Shown here: in pieces, positions 58,133-64,000 of the stretch
How the letters are laid out: each line of letters starts with the position of its first letter
How positions within the stretch are numbered: position 1 is the stretch's first letter
Assembly (NCBI GenBank): GCA_964035545.1
Contig: OZ037766.1
Location: 30,432,773 to 30,496,772, forward strand
Origin: Bugula neritina
Lineage: Eukaryota > Animalia > Bryozoa
Direction of reading: 5' to 3'
Length of the DNA: 64,000 bases
Notes under the pieces: generated by a model
The model's input: only the letters and a program-made list of their open reading frames with translations
Database searches by the model: none
Told to the model about the DNA's origin: nothing
Program-made: the position numbers and the translations under genes

Positions 58133-61100
58133 ATGAATAATTTTACCGGTATGTTCCATTGTTTGGTTTTTAAATGTTTTTTTATTAAATTAATTATTTT
58201 TATTATTATGTAATCATAACTGCAATTCTAATAGTAATACAATACTTGGAGTTGGTATTTCGTAATATTAACAATAAATAACTGTATCACACTCTGACTC
58301 TAAGATCAGTACGACTATCACTATGACTATCGCTGACACTATGACTATCAGTGTCACTGTGAGTATGACTATGGCTCTAAATATTAGTATGAGTATCACT
58401 GTCAGTATTACTATCACTATCTGTAATTGTAACTGTAAAAATAACTCCCAAGAGTAACGCTAACAGTAACTGTAAGTGTATCACTGTAAGTGTATGATAC
58501 TGTATGTACTATAACTAAAATACTAAGAATGACATTATTAATACTAATAGTAATACTAATGGTAAAACTAACAGTAAAACTAAATTTTATGGTAATACTA
58601 ATGCTAAGCATTGGTAATACTTATTTACTACTACTACTACTACTAGTACTACTAATATTAGTATCAAAATAGCTATTATTATTAGTATTAGTACTACTAC
58701 TGCTACTAGTACTACGTCTACTAGTACTAGTAAGAATTGTTAAGTGGAACACTAGCAGTAGATCTAATACTAATAGGAATATATTATTACTATTAGTAAT
58801 AGTAATAATATATTACGATTGGTACTATTAACAGTCCATTACTATTAGTGTTAGTATTACTATATTAGTATTACTATCAATACTACTATAACTAATACTA
58901 TCACATTTACATAACCATGATGAATAGCTTAAAGTAACTGTTTTATTGATATTCATATTAGAAAGCTTTCATTATGATTATCTTATAAATAACTGCAAAA
59001 ATATTAATTTTAACGATATTCATATTTTTACCTAATGCTTATTCTTATTGAGTTAGTTGTGGGTTATTGAAATTGATGTAAATTATGTTAATATTGAGAA
59101 TATTATTTATTTCTATTTCAATTTAAATTTCAACTAAATGGTGTCCTAATTTTGTAATTAAATTGAAATTGTGTTTTAATTTTTACTCGAACTTGGCAAT
59201 GATGACACTAACTGTTTTTGATTTATATAATATGTCTAAAGACACTGTGATTAGTAAGTGTGTCATTATGAGTATAGGCCGGATCAGTATACACCGAGTA
59301 TCAGTTTGAGTAGCTGAAGTAGAACAATGTAAGTGTGAGTAGAATAAGATAGACAAGGACGTATACAAATACTTTTTTCTCATACATTAGCCAAATGAAC
59401 TTTCAGTTGACATTAATACAACTGAAGCGGTTTTTGAGCTCATTTTTATTTTTTCTACTGAGAAAATGCCTATGTTTGGCGTGTGAATTAGTCATTGACT
59501 TTGACAACCTCAAATTGGCTTTAGAATGGAGCACTTGCTGATTTTTTGCTCTATGTAGTGCGTTTAAATGTAAATAAGCTTTGTAAGGTCAAACAGTGTA
59601 TCGTTCTCAGATTGGTGGTTTATTACTTATTACCAATTTGCTTAAAATGGTATTCTTTTTTTCCTCTTTACATTTGTCATCTTTATTATTTTTTAGATGC
59701 TTTAGAATCGTTTGATAACTCAACTGTCAGTGAAGATCATTCGAGTATAAACATGAGTGACGGTAAGTTTTAACTGTATTTTATATTTCGTGGTAATATT
59801 TGTTTATAGTTTTATACTGCCAGAAAGTGATTGTTCAGGCTACATTGAAGTGCAGCATGTATAGTAAAGTGATTTACTGTCGGGAATATTTTTCCCTTAT
59901 ATGTTGTTGCTGTGTAAATTCTCTCAGCTTCAATGAATGAGGGTTTCATGATTACTGTGAATTTAGTATTGAGAAATTTTGTTGAGGTCTCCTTACGCTG
60001 ACTTTAGTTTATATTTTATTAGCATTTTACTCGAGTGGCGGCAATGAGAATGACCTTCACATGAGTTTGGAGGCATCGCTAGCCTCCGAGTTTGACTTCT
60101 TGCAGTATGCTGCCGACAACTCGGATGTTAAAATGGAACCTGGCAGCTTTGATGACATCATAGATGAGGTAGAGTTCTGCTAGTTTTTAGCACTTACTTG
60201 CTGTAATGAAATAGTTAGAGTTGTCTTCTCTTTGAACTGTAGATGACTATATACTATATAGTGTGGGATATTGGCAACTGGTTGAGATATACAAATATAT
60301 ATATTTGTAATTGTAATTTGTAAAAGCTTTTTTCTCCACATGTGGAGAAAAACTTCGAACCTAAATATGAAATTGCTCACTTATTTACACTCTGGAATAT
60401 TCATCAAGTTTAGCTAGGCCAACTGTGTTACGTAATGCAATGTTGTGCTAGTGATAGCCATAACCTTAGTTATATTTACTGCATGTTTTATGCAGCTGCT
60501 GGTACAAGACACCTCTTCACTCTTTCCCGTGAAGGAAGATTCCATGCTGTTTTCTCAACCAGCAGTTGACAGCCCGGCTGAAACTATAGTGGTGGGTTGT
60601 TACGCAAATTATATGTGTGTGTGCGTTTGTGTATGTGTGCGCGTGTGTCTGTGTGCGTGTGTGTGTGCGCGCCCGATATGTGTATATATATATAGTAATC
60701 ATATTGTTGAAGTAAATTTTTTATTTAAACTGAAAGTAGATAATTGCAAATTTTATTCTATTATAGAGTCCAATGGAGGTATTGGGCTGTGATACAGTAC
60801 AGCAATCACCTCTCAACCATCAACTGTCTCCACACAATCAGCAACCACACAACCACCTGCTGTCACACCCTCACCAGGTGCTCAGTGAAAACCAACCACC
60901 TGCTATGCCAGCTGACATGCAGGGTAACATATCACACATACCAGCTGACGCAGTAGGCAGCATCAATGTTGGTCAGCTCACCGTAGATCAACTTAAGCAG
61001 GTTAGTTAGTTACTAGTTTACTTTAAACAGCTTTGCTACAGCAATGAGAATATCTTGCACGTCTAGTGAACTATTTTAGTCGGCAGCTTATAGTAATACT

Positions 61101-63285
61101 CAGTCTTTTCTCATTACTCTGATCCACTTGACGGAGAAATGTGATGTATTTAGGAGTTAACTTCCAATTGTGTTCTTTGTGAAATGGTAGATAACTCCAA
61201 ATTTGTATAACTAGCAGAGTGCAATTTTATTCTAATTCTTGTATGCATCTTTTAGGAAATTTCTAGAATTATTACATCATTACTATGTTGTGACAACTAT
61301 TTTATTTTCTATTACTAATACTTTTGTCACAACACTATTTTGTTATGTCATAATATTGAGAAGAAATTAAATTATTTTATAAAACTTTTTGTGATACGGG
61401 CTAGCATGTAATTAGACGTATAAATTAGGAGCAGTATTTTAATATTTTCTCAAAATAAACTCAACCCTGGCTAAAGGTATGTAGATTATAATATCTGTAA
61501 GGTATGTCTTTTAGATTTTAATGCAATCAATGCCAGCCGCGCCTGTGGTCCACAACACACCTCCAGCCTCTCTTTCTATTCAGAAATCTACACCCACTAT
61601 GGCCGCGCTTCTCCTCAACTCTTCTAATTCTCAGTCTATTTCTCCTGGAACTGCCAGATCTACTGTGACCGCACCTCAAAATATTAACATAACTCCTAAG
61701 GCTAACATTACTTCTACTGGTAAGTATATCTGAAGCATCTCATTGCTGTGATATTTCCTGTGGAACATTTTAATATTACCACAACATAATAAATATATAT
61801 ATAAAATATCACATTCATTATATCACTTTGGCTTTAACAACTTACATAATATGTGTAAATCTATTATTAGATAATTTGCTAGAATAATTTAAAAGTAACC
61901 GTAGAAAGCTGTGAAATTTCGTACACACTAATTTTGTATATATCTAAGTCAGCAATGTGATGTCGCATGATCACGTCATACTGATAACAAATATTGTGAC
62001 TCAAACTTGTTATATATGATCCCCTAGTACTTCTTTACACTTAACTGGTTCATATAGGATAACATTGTACTATCCTGTAGTTCTGCCGAGCAACAATCGG
62101 CAGCATGCTGCTGCTACAAGCTCCGCCTCCCCTGTACTGCCCACTGTCCGAGTCTTACCTGCTCAGACTCAGAAGTTGTCCTCCACTTCTAAGGCACAAA
62201 CCCCATCTATCAGATCTGTATCTGCATCCGTCACTAGTATGGTCGGCACCCCTCCCGTCACAACGCTATCCGTCACTGATTCCAGTAAGATAGCCATAAG
62301 TAAGAGCAAATCTCAGTCTAAACCGAAGGAGAGGAGGTCATCTCACAACATCATAGAGAAGAGGTACTTAATAGTCAGTGTAGAAGTACTTGGTAGTTAG
62401 TGTAGAGATACTTGGTGGTTAGTGTAGAGGTACTTGGTGGTTAGTGTAGAGGTACTTGGCACTTAGTGTAGAGATACTTGCACATAGTGTAGAGGTACTT
62501 GCACATAGTGTAGAGGTACTTGCACATAGTGTAGAGGTACTTGCACTTAGTGTAGAGATACTTGCACATAATGTAGAGGTACTTGGCATATAGTATAGAG
62601 GTACTTGTTGGTATTAGATGTGCAGCTGTTACTAGCCTCTAGAGTTGTCCCATTTTGCGCAGGTACCGGATGAGTATCAATGACAAGATTATAGAGTTGA
62701 AGGACCTTGTGATGGGTACAGAGGCTAAGCTAAACAAATCCGCTGTCCTCAAAAAGGCTATCGAGACTATTCACTCCCTCCGGGACCAGAGAATGCGACT
62801 GTCTAAGGAAAACGCCATTCTCTCGTCTGCCCTTGCCAATCAGGGCATCGACACGAAAGAGGTGAGCTGTGTTCGCATGTGACAAGTCTTTAGGTCTAGT
62901 CACGCAGTCATTCTATATCTTAAGGGTTTTCATTTTCTGATATGAAATACATTTCCTTTTAATAATTCTCCGTTTTATTCATGCACGAAGCGCGACACTG
63001 CATAAGGGAAGTTGACGCATTCTATTTCCTGTTTCAGCTGCTGTCAGGCTGTCTGTCTGACCCCTTGACCCCATCCAGTTCAGACGGCAGCAGCTTCTCC
63101 CCGGAGACACTGCTGCCCGAGAGCCCGCCATATTCATCGGGCGGGGAAGGGGAGGATGACATGCTCCCTGCACTGCCCACCTTCACTACTCACACAATCT
63201 ACACTCCCAGCACTGGCATGGTGGACGGAGCTCGTATCACGTTGTTTGTCTTCATGTTCGGGATTCTCATCTTCAACCCGTTCAG
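58133..63285 (+). CDS. SREBP: Sterol regulatory element-binding protein, N-terminal part (gene continues beyond the window)
   Basis: Exons 58133-58148 (start uncertain), 59697-59762, 60023-60168, 60496-60591, 60767-61000, 61515-61719, 62081-62363, 62663-62861, 63038-63285. It has an acidic N-terminus and a Q/S/T/P-rich region. The bHLH-Zip reads [45 protein letters not shown], with the SREBP-diagnostic basic-region Tyr. LTPSSSD is degron-like, and TM1 [20 protein letters not shown] carries the NP site-2 protease motif. Confidence 0.93.
60614..60672. repeat. Imperfect (TG)n microsatellite
   Basis: tgtgtgtgtgcgtttgtgtatgtgtgcgcgtgtg... Confidence 0.8.
62361..62607 (+). repeat. 21-22-bp minisatellite reiterating the SREBP basic-region donor site
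   Basis: Unit TAGTGTAGAG|GTACTTG(CACA/GTGGT), about 11 copies, starting at the exon end GAG|GTACTT. Confidence 0.9.
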
Positions 63286-63518
63286 GTAATACACGCCTGG
63301 CAGGGTGCCAACTGTGTTAGTAGGTCACTGAAGTCTGATAGTAGGTCACTGAAGTGTGTTGGTGTTTTATTAGCATTAGTTATTGGGTAACATTTGCTTT
63401 GAGTTTCTGAAGTGGCTAAGTTGTCAGACTGGCTATCATTGTTGGTTAGTTTCAACATTCTGCTATACTCTATCGTATAATAATATATTCCAGTGTATCA
63501 TGTTAGCTATTCTGATAT

Positions 63519-63913
63519 GTCATATAATATACCCTAGTATGTAATATAATATACCCTAGTATGTCATACAATTAGTATGTCATATAATATACCCTAGTAT
63601 GTCATATAATATACCCTAGTATGTCATATAATATACCCTAGTATATTATATAATATACCCTAGTATGTCATATTATATACCCTAGTATATTATATAATAT
63701 ACCCTAGTATGTCATATAATATATCCTAGTATGTCATATAATATACCCTAGTATGTCATATAATATACCCTAGTATGTCATATAATATACCCTAGTATGT
63801 CATATAATATACCCTAGTATGTCATATAATATACCCTAGTATGTCATATACTATACCCTAGTATGTCATATAATATACCCTAGTATGTCATATAATATAC
63901 CCTAGTATGTCAT
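63519..63913. repeat. 22-bp minisatellite (CATATAATATACCCTAGTATGT)n in an SREBP intron
   Basis: About 17 near-identical units. Confidence 0.92.
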
Positions 63914-64000
63914 GTTATCTGCATATGTGTTACGTTACGTTATCTATTACATAAGTTAACTCTTAGCATAGGAGAGTGATTCTCACAAAACTTGTCCAGC

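Overview
This is AT-rich, intron-rich animal genomic DNA, probably from a marine invertebrate; the species cannot be fixed from the window alone. I built gene models by hand from GT-AG junctions and reading-frame phase. Left to right the genes are: a tandem family of PLP-dependent D-cysteine desulfhydrase/ACC-deaminase-family genes on the minus strand (a lone first exon at 1.4 kb and complete 9-exon copies at 3.6-8.3, 12.7-17.5 and 26.2-31.7 kb); ATG4 (+) between the last two copies; a type II membrane protein with two CUB domains and a short-chain-collagen-C4-like domain (-); a FUN14-domain FUNDC gene (+); two convergent SQSTM1/p62 paralogs; and the 5' part of SREBP (+), which runs off the window. 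Mobile DNA comprises a 2.4 kb foldback Mutator-like element with a 9-bp TSD, a tRNA-derived SINE with an 18-bp TSD, a related SINE head and a possible piggyBac-type miniature. Five signals stand out. (1) Four ATG8-pathway genes plus SREBP cluster within about 45 kb. (2) The p62 promoter is dense in CLEAR, ARE-like, SRE-like and HSE motifs. (3) Tandem repeats that amplify 5' splice sites occur at four introns in three genes. (4) Both duplicated families show patchy gene conversion. (5) The desulfhydrase paralogs have diverged at active-site residues.
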